A stretch of 64,000 bases of DNA from Dehalococcoidia bacterium (GTDB lineage Bacteria > Chloroflexota > Dehalococcoidia > Plut-88900). The notes under the pieces are model-generated. The model saw only the letters and a list, made by a program, of their open reading frames with translations. It was not told the origin of the DNA and searched no databases. The position numbers were made by a program, and so were the translations under genes. Shown here one piece after another: positions 22,505 through 31,334 of the stretch; positions within the stretch are counted from its first letter, which is position 1; each line of letters starts with the position of its first letter. Location: assembly GCA_965207225.1 (NCBI GenBank), contig CBDBLV010000002.1, forward strand, positions 64,001 to 128,000, written 5' to 3'.

Positions 22505-24104
22505 GATGGTGCGAGCCATGAGCCGAATACCGAACCCACTCTGCGAACTACCAACCCGTAGTTTGATCCTGACATGCATGATAGGTTTCTTGATGTTGGC
22601 TGTAGGGTGTGGACAGCCGCAAAGCATGAGTCCGAACAGCACAGATTCAGCTACATCGCAAGCTAAATCAGTCGAGCCCGGCCCCATCGCGTCGCAGCCA
22701 CAAACCACCGCCAGTCCCTCCACCACACCGGCAATTGACACAATCCAAGAGTCATTGATGCCTCCTCATTATGGTGCTGCCACTGCGTCGGTGGAACGAC
22801 GCATCTTCGATGCTGATGTGATTGTCAGGGCTTCTCTACTTGCTACCAGTGAGGGCCAGTTGCAATTCAAAGCGATAGAGTACCTAAAGGGAACAGGCCC
22901 TTCAAAGTTTGTTGTAGGAGCACCAACCTTTGGTCGGGACCCTACATGGGACAACCGCGAAGCGGTTCTATTCTTGAGCAAGGCTGAATCTGGAGTGGTT
23001 GGTGCATCTGATGCATTGAGAACTGACGATATAGATTTCACGTTTGTCGAAACCGCTGATGAGAACTATAGGGGCGCTTTGCCAAGTGGCTATACGATAG
23101 ATGCTAGGAATCCCGTGTGGCTGCCTGCGAGGGAGGATGGTGTAAGCGATGCATTGGTGGACGGCGTCGTTACACCGATGTTCATCACTGGCTTAGACTA
23201 TGTTGCGGGGAGTCTTGGCGCAGAGATCTCTCTAAGCGAACTTCGCTCGAAGATAGCGTGGGTTGGAGGGGGAAAGAACATAGAGGGATATGATAGGTGC
23301 ATTGGAGTTGCCTTGAACTACTACCAGTGGTACCGAGACTGGGAGGCGTATTACGGAAGCGCACCTACAATACTGGGGGAGGAGCGAGAAGTAAAGTCGG
23401 GAGAAACTCAAGGAACGGAGATCTATGCGTCTCAACTTATCCGAGAACCTGGATATCACACTGTCCGGATTCGTGGGGAGGACGGACACCTTGTTCTAGG
23501 ACGGAAGGAGGATAACGATCAAGATCCCTCAAATGGATACAGGATCACCGTCAAAACCGCCCGCCCACTGCCCCAAGGTCTGTACAGGTTTTCTACTCAA
23601 TATCAACTCTACGACCAGGTTCCATGTAACTTCCAACCTGAGCCCGGAAAGGGGCAATTGGACTGGGTCGTGCAGGCCCTCGCGCCCACGGGTGCAGTAC
23701 ATGAGGCTTTCTTCGACCCTGTCGCCATAGGTGAGTCTATTGGTGTAAGTGCAGGAGTAAATGGAGTACTGTCTCCCACTTCCTTTACATTGACTGAGGG
23801 CGGCAGTACGAACACGCTGCACAAGATAGCCTGGAAATCAGGAAAGACGACGATGGAGTTTGAGCCGTCCGCTTCGCTGGCAGGTCATCACGCAGACTTC
23901 TTATCGCTAGACGGCTCAGTGTCGCTGCGTCTGGACTTCGACGACGGATCCGAGTCTGTTGTTGGGGCAAAGCGGACCATCACATGGAACGTCTGCAAAC
24001 AGCCATGGGAGAGTGGGAACCTACTTATGCTGCGCATTAGCAAGAGCAGCAGCAACCTCACCGGCGTGACAAACGATGGTCCGTGCAAAGAGAATTCTGA
24101 GTGA
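22455..24104 (+). CDS. Hypothetical lipoprotein (start probably near 22506-22580)
   Basis: Lipobox-like LAVGC followed by an S/T/P-rich linker. Long ORF downstream of the protease gene. Confidence 0.6.
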   Translation: MTWTASTIPTRATQSIRMVRAMSRIPNPLCELPTRSLILTCMIGFLMLAVGCGQPQSMSPNSTDSATSQAKSVEPGPIASQPQTTASPSTTPAIDTIQESLMPPHYGAATASVERRIFDADVIVRASLLATSEGQLQFKAIEYLKGTGPSKFVVGAPTFGRDPTWDNREAVLFLSKAESGVVGASDALRTDDIDFTFVETADENYRGALPSGYTIDARNPVWLPAREDGVSDALVDGVVTPMFITGLDYVAGSLGAEISLSELRSKIAWVGGGKNIEGYDRCIGVALNYYQWYRDWEAYYGSAPTILGEEREVKSGETQGTEIYASQLIREPGYHTVRIRGEDGHLVLGRKEDNDQDPSNGYRITVKTARPLPQGLYRFSTQYQLYDQVPCNFQPEPGKGQLDWVVQALAPTGAVHEAFFDPVAIGESIGVSAGVNGVLSPTSFTLTEGGSTNTLHKIAWKSGKTTMEFEPSASLAGHHADFLSLDGSVSLRLDFDDGSESVVGAKRTITWNVCKQPWESGNLLMLRISKSSSNLTGVTNDGPCKENSE

Positions 24105-24204
24105 GTTAAAGCCCGACATCCCACCAAAAGGGTTCGCAGTTCGGTAGGCTCTGGCCCATCCGAAGAGAGGCTCGGACTCTCAGTCATGGTGGTGGTGCCG
24201 AGGC

Positions 24205-24265
24205 TCACAGCCCGCCGAGCCACATCTCAAAGATAGTTCTGCCTATCGTCAACTCAGGCCCACCA
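24205..24265 (-). other. attR of element 1, containing the displaced LSR C-terminal codons GGPELTIGRTIFEMWLGGL*
   Basis: Joins in frame to LSR1 ...VKS-GGP through the shared core. A homologous tail lies at 31343-31399. Confidence 0.8.
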
Positions 24266-24340
24266 TGTAAGTTTTGAACTCTCCTTTGGCCCCCAGAGCG
24301 GCTGACAACTAGACTTGGTATCGCCTCAAAGCTGTGCTAG

Positions 24341-24701
24341 CTATCGGACGCCTCTCGCAGCAGACCTAGGTGGGCCGGCTAAATCCAATTCCTCGGAGTC
24401 TCCTTCTGGGTTTCGGTGGTCCTTGGCGATGGGAACCTTATAGTGGATGGTGGCCTTGCCGGGCATAACCACTATGTCCCTGACGAAGGTTTCTACGAAG
24501 GCCTTACGCTCGGGCAATTCGCTCTCCTCCGGATACTCTGCCATGTCCTGCGCCCGTGCGACGATGGCCTCCAGGTCGTTCTTCAGCGACTTGCGCTGGG
24601 AGAGGATGGACTGAGCCTTCTTCAACGATGCCTCAAGAAGGCTACGGCGCTCAGCGTTGGCCTTGATCCGGATATCCATGTCAGCCGGGGCGTCGTCGTT
24701 G
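24341..24701 (-). pseudogene. 3' fragment of a large serine recombinase
   Basis: DDAPADMDIRIKANAERRSLLEASL...RKAFVETFVRDIVV matches the LSR3 and LSR2 C-termini. No catalytic domain. Confidence 0.88.
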
Positions 24702-26327
24702 CTACCTTGTTGCGGTGCCCGGAACCTGCTTGAGCCTGTCAACCTCTCCCAGGTGGCAGCGCTTGTACTTTCGCCCGCTCCCACAGGCACACGGGTCATT
24801 CCTGCCTAGGCCGTGGACTGCTATTCTGGCCACGTCTAACAGGTACTCGCGGAGGCCCTGGTCGCCGTGGGAATACTCCGCCCAAAGGGAGTTCCTGGAA
24901 GCCGCCAGACCATGGAGGTCCGTGTACGCGAGGCGGTAGAAGAACGGGACGACCAGTTCGTCCATGAACTCCTTCAGCGTCGTCCGGCGTTCGGCCAGGA
25001 GCTGAAGGCCCAGACAGCAAGCCCCGTTCGGGAAGAAGTGCAGATCGATGGTCTCGACGTTCTCCCGCTCTGCGACTCTGGTGTACCTGCCGCCGACCTC
25101 GTACACGGCGGGCCAGCCGTTCCGGTCGAGCGCGGCTAGGTCGATCCTGATGGAAAACGCATCACTGAGATACGAGTCCATGCTCGTCGTCGCGTCGTCA
25201 CTGCCGATGTGCAGTTTGTCCTCCCCGCCGTCGTAGGCGGCGCGGACCTCCAGCTGACCCGCGATGACCCCGCCCTCGGCGTCAAGGCGGAGGTCGGGGA
25301 AACTAACCGCCAGCCACTCGAGGTCGGCCTGTCCCAGGCTGAGCCGGCCCTGAGCTCTCTGGACCGAGGCGGTGGCCCAGGGCTTGCTCGGCTTGACCAC
25401 TCTCGGCGTCGCCACCGTTGCTGCAGCGCCAGCCATGGCGCTCAGGTTGCCGAACCCGTCCCCGAACAGTTCCTGCCACTTCTTGACGCTCGACTTCTCA
25501 TCTTCGTCATGGTACGCGTCCTCGATCCTTGCGGCGTAGCTGGAGATCATGTCCCTGAAGTGGCTGTACTTGGCCTGGTCCCAGTGCCGCGTGAAGGTCT
25601 CGCTGGGAAGAGCGGGATTGCGGATCTCGGGCATGGTCGGATGGGACTGCAGGAACTCATTCATGCGCGTGATCACGGTCAGCAGCGCGTCCGGGATGGC
25701 CTTGTACTCCGCGTCTCCCTCCCAGTCATGCACCGTGTTGCCTATCAGCGTCGTCAGCAGGATCGATGGCGCGGTGAAGGTCTTCTTGTGGTCTCGGAGG
25801 TACTTGAGCAGCCGGGTGACGAGCTTGAGGTTGCCGTTGGTAATGCGGTTCTTGTCGTTGAACCAGTCGCGGAACCCCGAGCCGTCCGTCACCTCGTACT
25901 CGTTCGTCTTCCTGTTGCAGATGAAGTGGTTGCCGTTGTAGGTGATGCAGGGAACAAGGTCTATCTTGAAGTCGCCCGTGTAGTTCACCGTGACGCACCT
26001 GGTGTTCCTCTGCACCTTGTCGGCGTAGTTGCCGTTGGCCTTGAGGCACCGGTATACGTCGTCGATGAAGTCCTTCGGGCCCTTGGCGCTGTCGTACTCC
26101 ACGTAGACGAGGCGGTCCACGTCGTACTCGTCAGTGTCCTTGACGGGCCTGATGGTCGTCCCGAGGGCGTAGGAGCCCTGCCGCTCCGTGCTTTTGAAGC
26201 CCACCAGATTCTGGCTCAGGTACTCCGACACGGCCTTGTCGCTCCTCTTCAACCTCTCGTACCGGGAGGGGTTGAGATTCACGTGGTCCCTCATGAATTC
26301 GTTGAAGTCGTTCACTCGCCTCGTCAT
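24702..26327 (-). CDS. CBASS CD-NTase (SMODS) fused to a prokaryotic E2-like domain and SEC-C motif
   Basis: QGSYALGTTIRP..EYDVD, IDLVP, NP..PSE, internal KPW at aa 315-317, then P-VYE-GG..HFFPNGACCL..EYSHG..GRNDPCACGSGRKYKRCH. Confidence 0.85.
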   Translation of the reverse strand: MTRRVNDFNEFMRDHVNLNPSRYERLKRSDKAVSEYLSQNLVGFKSTERQGSYALGTTIRPVKDTDEYDVDRLVYVEYDSAKGPKDFIDDVYRCLKANGNYADKVQRNTRCVTVNYTGDFKIDLVPCITYNGNHFICNRKTNEYEVTDGSGFRDWFNDKNRITNGNLKLVTRLLKYLRDHKKTFTAPSILLTTLIGNTVHDWEGDAEYKAIPDALLTVITRMNEFLQSHPTMPEIRNPALPSETFTRHWDQAKYSHFRDMISSYAARIEDAYHDEDEKSSVKKWQELFGDGFGNLSAMAGAAATVATPRVVKPSKPWATASVQRAQGRLSLGQADLEWLAVSFPDLRLDAEGGVIAGQLEVRAAYDGGEDKLHIGSDDATTSMDSYLSDAFSIRIDLAALDRNGWPAVYEVGGRYTRVAERENVETIDLHFFPNGACCLGLQLLAERRTTLKEFMDELVVPFFYRLAYTDLHGLAASRNSLWAEYSHGDQGLREYLLDVARIAVHGLGRNDPCACGSGRKYKRCHLGEVDRLKQVPGTATR

Positions 26328-27241
26328 TCGCTATCCTCCAAACTGGCCATGATGGCCTTGCTGTAATGGGTGAAGTCCCTGTCGGCCAGGGCCTTCAGAC
26401 TCTCCATGCTCTTGATGTCATCCAGCTTCCAGGACTTGATCTCCGGGTCGAGGCGCAGGTGCCGGTCTCCGAGCAGCAACTTGGCCATGTTGGTCGATGC
26501 CTGGGACTGCAGACCCAGTACGTACGACACCAACTTCGGTCCGCCCCAGCCGGTCAGGAGGCCCCATGCTCCCCTCCGCGTGTAGAAGCTGGCGGTACGT
26601 CCGGTTCCCACTGACAGGACGCGGATATTGTCGATCGGGCGCCGGAACTTGGCCATCGCCTCCGTGACGGCGATGATGGCGGGGTTGTTGGCCCAGAGTC
26701 CTCCGTCCGCCAAGAGGTACTCGCCAACCTGCCATGGGTCGAAGTACAACGGCGCGGCGCAAGATGCCAGGATCGCGTCTCGCAGCTTCACCTGTCCGTC
26801 CCGCATGTACGGCTCGCCCAACTCCTCCAGGTAGCGGGACTTGAAGACGTGCACTCCTCCAGTCGAGATGTCCGAGCCGGTAATCATCAGCGGGGTCGGC
26901 ACCTCTCGCATCGTCACCTCGGGCAGGTATTCGCCGATGACCTGGTCCAGGGGGTGCGTGGAGTAGCGGCTCCGCAAGACCGGGAAGAGGCTGAACCTTC
27001 TCCTGCTGAAGATGCGGTTGGCCTGGCTCTCGAACAGGCCCACCAGGGTCTTCATGGGGATGCCCATCGATGCCGCGCCCGCTAGGATGGACCCGGTGCT
27101 GGTTCCGGCGATGAGGTCGAAGCGCTCCCGCACTGGCGCGCCAATGGTGTCCTCCAACCTGGCGAGGACGTGCGCGCCGTACACCCCCCGGATGCCACCG
27201 CCGTCGAGAGCCAGTATGTTAAACACGCCGCCGGTACGCAT
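26324..27241 (-). CDS. Patatin-like phospholipase (CapV-like CBASS effector)
   Basis: DGGGIRG, GTSTG (catalytic Ser), ADGGLWANNP. 4-nt overlap with the CD-NTase gene. Confidence 0.9.
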   Translation of the reverse strand: MRTGGVFNILALDGGGIRGVYGAHVLARLEDTIGAPVRERFDLIAGTSTGSILAGAASMGIPMKTLVGLFESQANRIFSRRRFSLFPVLRSRYSTHPLDQVIGEYLPEVTMREVPTPLMITGSDISTGGVHVFKSRYLEELGEPYMRDGQVKLRDAILASCAAPLYFDPWQVGEYLLADGGLWANNPAIIAVTEAMAKFRRPIDNIRVLSVGTGRTASFYTRRGAWGLLTGWGGPKLVSYVLGLQSQASTNMAKLLLGDRHLRLDPEIKSWKLDDIKSMESLKALADRDFTHYSKAIMASLEDSE

Positions 27242-27385
27242 GGTGCGCTAGTTCTCCTCACGGATGCCGTCGGCCGCCGGGCGGTTCTGCACGGCTGCGC
27301 GTCGGGGGCGAGCGACTCCTGGGAGCCCGAAGCTCCCCGGAGGTTCATCCCGCCAGCAAGTGGTGCGTGGTCTGTCCATGGGGGC

Positions 27386-27441
27386 AGTATACCACGAACT
27401 CACCGACTTCACTAGCTTTAATGAATTTGGTGTGGTATTAT
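27386..27441. promoter_or_regulatory. Back-to-back extended -10 promoters flanking an imperfect 15-bp inverted repeat
   Basis: TGGTATACT on the minus strand (27394-27386) and TGGTATTAT on the plus strand (27433-27441). Arms 27401-27415 and 27418-27432 match at 11/15. Confidence 0.5.
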
Positions 27442-27469
27442 GGGGCCAAAAGGAGAAGGAGGCTCACAG

Positions 27470-27736
27470 ATGTCCGACCCAAAGAAAACCGAGATCACCG
27501 TTGTCGTCAACGGAAAGCCTGCGGAGGTCTTCGCTATCGAGGACCAGCCCATCGGCGCCATCATCCCCGATGCGCTCGATCAGACAGGCAACACCGGCCA
27601 GCCGCCGGAGAACTGGGAGCTCAGGGACGCCGAAGGGAACCTGCTGGACCCGAACAAGAACTTCGGGGACTACCCATTCTCGGAGAAGGACCGGCTCTTC
27701 CTGAACCTCAAGGCGGGGGTCGGTGGCGGTGGCTAG
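27470..27736 (+). CDS. Ubiquitin-like protein, DUF2604-like (type II BilA-like)
   Basis: VVVNG..GNTGQPPENWELRDAEG..LFLNLKAGVGGGG. AGGAGG RBS. Confidence 0.85.
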   Translation: MSDPKKTEITVVVNGKPAEVFAIEDQPIGAIIPDALDQTGNTGQPPENWELRDAEGNLLDPNKNFGDYPFSEKDRLFLNLKAGVGGGG

Positions 27737-28340
27737 CGATACCGGTCAGTACGCGGACCCCACGGTGTCCCGCGCGAAGTTCGACCGAGAAATCGCCGAG
27801 TACCGGGCCTTGGAGGCCGACTACCGAACCCGTGGGTGGTTCTTGGTGAAGGCCGAGTGGCCTGTCGCGGTCGTACTCCTGGCTTCGAACAAGACCAAGC
27901 CGCCAGCCCTAGTGGCCGCCGTTCAGTTCGATTACACCAACTACGACGCCGAGCCGCCTTCCGTCCGCTTCATCGATCCCTTCTCTGGACGGTCTCTGTC
28001 CTCAAGGGAGCTACCCCTTCGGATGCAACGTATGGTCCCCGGACCGGAGTTGCCCATTCCTGGACCAGGTGGTGGCAAGGCACAGTTGAATACGCCAGAG
28101 AATCTGATGCAAGCCAACTCCCCCGAGGACGTACCCTTCCTCTGCATCGCCGGGGTGAAGGAGTACCATGACCACCCGGGCCATTCCGGTGACCCGTGGG
28201 AGATGCATCGTTCCTCGGGTGGAGGCCGGCTGGTTCGCCTGCTGGAGGTAATCTCCAAGTACGGCGTGGAGCCGATTCAGGGCTTCACCGTCAATCTAGT
28301 GCCACAAGTTACCTTTGCGCTTTCGGAGCCTCCCCAGTGA
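27723..28340 (+). CDS. Prokaryotic E2 enzyme (BilB-like)
   Basis: FDYTNYDAEPPSV, PFLCIAGVKEYHDHPGHSGDPW with a candidate catalytic Cys. Lies between the Ubl and JAB genes. Confidence 0.8.
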   Translation: MAVASDTGQYADPTVSRAKFDREIAEYRALEADYRTRGWFLVKAEWPVAVVLLASNKTKPPALVAAVQFDYTNYDAEPPSVRFIDPFSGRSLSSRELPLRMQRMVPGPELPIPGPGGGKAQLNTPENLMQANSPEDVPFLCIAGVKEYHDHPGHSGDPWEMHRSSGGGRLVRLLEVISKYGVEPIQGFTVNLVPQVTFALSEPPQ

Positions 28341-28828
28341 CCCTCCGAGGCGTGGGGCGGTTCCGAATCACGGAGGAGGCCGTTCGCGCAACCGTGGATG
28401 CCATTCGCTCCGCCGGGGAGGAGGGCTACGAGTTGTTCGTCATTTGGTCTGGTACACGCGATGGCGACGTGTTCACCGTCGCCGATGTGCACATTCCTGA
28501 CCAGGTCTCCTACAAGACGGGTGGCGGACTCTGCGTGAAGATCGACGGTTCTGAACTCCATCGGCTGAATGTCTGGCTCTACGAGGCCCAGCAAGTCGTA
28601 GGAGCTCAGGTCCATAGCCATCCTCGTGAGGCCTACCACTCGGACACGGACAACGCATACCCGGTCGCCACGCTGGACGGCAGCCTGTCGATAGTCCTCC
28701 CGTATTTCGGCCGCGACGGTTGGGAATCACGCGAGATCGCCGCATACCGCCTCGGGCGGGACGGCTGGGATAGAGTGCGCGGCCCGCTCAGCGGTCTGGT
28801 TGAGGTGGTCGGTGATGGCGCTAGCTGA
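28337..28828 (+). CDS. JAB/MPN metallopeptidase (BilC-like)
   Basis: E...QVHSHPREAYHSDTD. GTGA overlap with the E2 stop. Confidence 0.88.
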   Translation: MTLRGVGRFRITEEAVRATVDAIRSAGEEGYELFVIWSGTRDGDVFTVADVHIPDQVSYKTGGGLCVKIDGSELHRLNVWLYEAQQVVGAQVHSHPREAYHSDTDNAYPVATLDGSLSIVLPYFGRDGWESREIAAYRLGRDGWDRVRGPLSGLVEVVGDGAS

Positions 28829-30353
28829 CTACTTCCCCCGCGACGCGTTGGCCATATCTCAAGTCCTCCAGGGGTTTGAGACCGACGCCTTCACCGAAAA
28901 GCTTGAGGGTGTACGAGTGGCGATCGCATTCGACGAAGAGGCGGCAACCAGCCGAGACGGGCGCTCCCTCCTTGACCTTACGGTCAGGCTTGCGGCTCGC
29001 CTGTACCCGAGCCTGACGTTTCTGCCGGTCCCTGCCGTCGACGACGTCGCCGAGGAGCTTATTGCGCTGGCCATCAGCATCAATCCCAACATCGAGACCT
29101 CCAGGTCGGGTGTCGCCCACGCTGCGCTCTCTATAGGCGTGGATGCGCCTCCCGTCGATGCGCCAACCGTTTACGCGGGTTGCGACGGCTGGGTTGGCAT
29201 GGTTGGAACTCAAGGATCATACCGCACGAGCGACCAGGGCAACCCCTTTGGAGCTGGCTTTGCGGCCTGTATAGCGGCAGCCAACCTGTTTCGCTTCCTC
29301 TTCCTCCCCGCCGGCGAGGGTTCCCTGGACGCCAACGTCAGTTTTCCTCCCGATGCGGACTCTCTTCCATTGCTGACGGCTTCCGCACTGGCAGATCCCC
29401 TGGTGTTGGTCGGCGTTGGAGCAGTAGGCAATAGCGCCTCCTGGTCTCTGGCGCGGACGCCCCTCACCGGACAGATTCACCTTGTTGACCCGGAAGTCGT
29501 CGAACTGAGCAATCTCCAGCGCTACGTTCTCTGTGGCCGGAGCGACGAAAGCGGCATAAAGGTTGACATCGCCGGCAAAGAGTTTGGAGGCGGGCTAACG
29601 GCGCTTCCTCACAGGGAAACATTCGCCTCCTTCCTCGTGACCAACGGCTACAGGTGGGAACGCATTCTAGTTGCTCTCGATTCCGCTCGTGACAGGAGGG
29701 CGGTACAGGCAAGCCTGCCGCGGTGGATCGCCAACGCGTGGACCCAATTGGGTGATCTCGGCGTGTCCTCTCATTCCTTCTTGGGAGAAGACGCCTGTCT
29801 TGCATGCCTGTACTTGGCGGACCAGAAGACGAAGAGCGAAGATCAGATCATCGCTGAAGGCCTCAGGATTCCCCAATTCCAGACCCAGGTCCGTTTCCTG
29901 CTGGGAAATGGCCAGGCGACCGGCAAAGAAATCTGTGACGCGGTTGCCGGCGCCTGGGGCATACCACCCGAGAAACTTGCTCCCTACGCAGCTAGGCCGA
30001 TACGTGAGCTCTGGGTGGAGGGCATCTGCGGCGGCGGCATAATTCCTCTCGGTGAGGCCGGACCTGCACCGAGAGAGCTGCAGGTTCCCCTTGCCTTCCA
30101 ATCGGCGCTTGCCGGCGTCTTGCTGGCCGCTGAGACTGTGGTCGACGTGTTGACCGCCGGGGCCCGGCGCAAGACCCTGTTGCGCCGGATCGACGTCCTG
30201 CGTCCCCTAGGAGAAGTCGCGCCCCAACCGGCACGTAAGGCAGGGACGGGGACTTGTATCTGTGAGGACAACGACTTTGTCGCTGCCTATCGAGCGAAAT
30301 ACATGCCAGAAGCAGACATCCATGTTGGGGGCGGCTCAGGCCAAGTGGAATGA
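28815..30353 (+). CDS. E1/ThiF-family ubiquitin-activating enzyme (BilD-like)
   Basis: GVGAVG, DPEVVELSNLQRY, ALDS, CLAC, EGICGG and a C-terminal CIC, preceded by an inactive N-terminal domain. Confidence 0.88.
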   Translation: MALADYFPRDALAISQVLQGFETDAFTEKLEGVRVAIAFDEEAATSRDGRSLLDLTVRLAARLYPSLTFLPVPAVDDVAEELIALAISINPNIETSRSGVAHAALSIGVDAPPVDAPTVYAGCDGWVGMVGTQGSYRTSDQGNPFGAGFAACIAAANLFRFLFLPAGEGSLDANVSFPPDADSLPLLTASALADPLVLVGVGAVGNSASWSLARTPLTGQIHLVDPEVVELSNLQRYVLCGRSDESGIKVDIAGKEFGGGLTALPHRETFASFLVTNGYRWERILVALDSARDRRAVQASLPRWIANAWTQLGDLGVSSHSFLGEDACLACLYLADQKTKSEDQIIAEGLRIPQFQTQVRFLLGNGQATGKEICDAVAGAWGIPPEKLAPYAARPIRELWVEGICGGGIIPLGEAGPAPRELQVPLAFQSALAGVLLAAETVVDVLTAGARRKTLLRRIDVLRPLGEVAPQPARKAGTGTCICEDNDFVAAYRAKYMPEADIHVGGGSGQVE

Positions 30354-30431
30354 GCCATCTACCTGTACGGCGTTCGTGTGAAAAGAACCAGGAACTTGGA
30401 GAGCTACAGAATCCCATAGGTTAGGTGCGCT

Positions 30432-31142
30432 TTGACACCACTCTTTCGCCGGTTATACAATGCCGCCACTATGACTGAGGCTCCGAAAGCATGGGTCGTA
30501 TTCCTGTCGAAACTGATCTCGGAGTCTTCAGACAGAGTTCAGGCTGACCCGCTCTTGCTCAAAGACCAAGACGTTGCGGCGGGCATCCGAGACTACATAG
30601 GTGCTCAGTTACACTCCTCCGATAGTCCGCAGATTCTTGTCTTGGACTTGGGCGGAAGCGCGTACACTCCCTTGGCCTTGCAGGAACTTATCCTCCCACT
30701 CGCTCAGAGGATTCGCGGGGGTGAGTATGGAATCATGCGGCTGGTCATCAGCACTTCAAACCCGGGAGTGGGAAACCACATCCGTTACATGGCGCAAGCA
30801 CACGAATTGCCCCTTTATGTCTCTCCCTCGCCCAACCTATGGGAAGGCCATCCAGTCGGCGGCCTGACAGAAACCGAAAGGGGCACCCTGGACACGATCA
30901 CCGCGTTTGGCGGTCGTCTGACGGCGTCCAGCCTGGCGGCCATAGATAGCATAAGGCCGAGCGCTGCGACGAATAGACTGGTGAATCTGGATCGAGAGGG
31001 CTATCTTCTGCGGCAGCCTCGCGGCCGCCGAGAGGGTGACTTCTACTTCGAACCCCGATCCGCAACAGCGACTCCGAAGGTCTTCGAAGGACCACTTCTC
31101 ATTAGAGAGAACACCACCGGACCCAGTGCGGTCGCCTGGTAA
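30432..31142 (+). CDS. STAS-like plus winged-HTH transcriptional regulator (CapS-like)
   Basis: ILVLDLGG...TPLALQELI STAS-like segment and LTASSLA..SAATNRLVNLDREGYLLR wHTH. Confidence 0.55.
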   Translation: MTPLFRRLYNAATMTEAPKAWVVFLSKLISESSDRVQADPLLLKDQDVAAGIRDYIGAQLHSSDSPQILVLDLGGSAYTPLALQELILPLAQRIRGGEYGIMRLVISTSNPGVGNHIRYMAQAHELPLYVSPSPNLWEGHPVGGLTETERGTLDTITAFGGRLTASSLAAIDSIRPSAATNRLVNLDREGYLLRQPRGRREGDFYFEPRSATATPKVFEGPLLIRENTTGPSAVAW

Positions 31143-31334
31143 GGGCTGTCCACCGAAGTTCGGCTCGCATCATCAGCAGGTTCAAACGCCGTTCGCAGTT
31201 CGTCTGCCCTGGCGCGATACAGGGGCGGGAACAATGCCGGCCCAGAGCGCGCATCTGCCGTATCGATAGCGGTCGTGCCTATCGTCCAGCAAGGCCGGGG
31301 AGGAGGGAGCCGACCTCTCTGTGGGAATGCGCCG

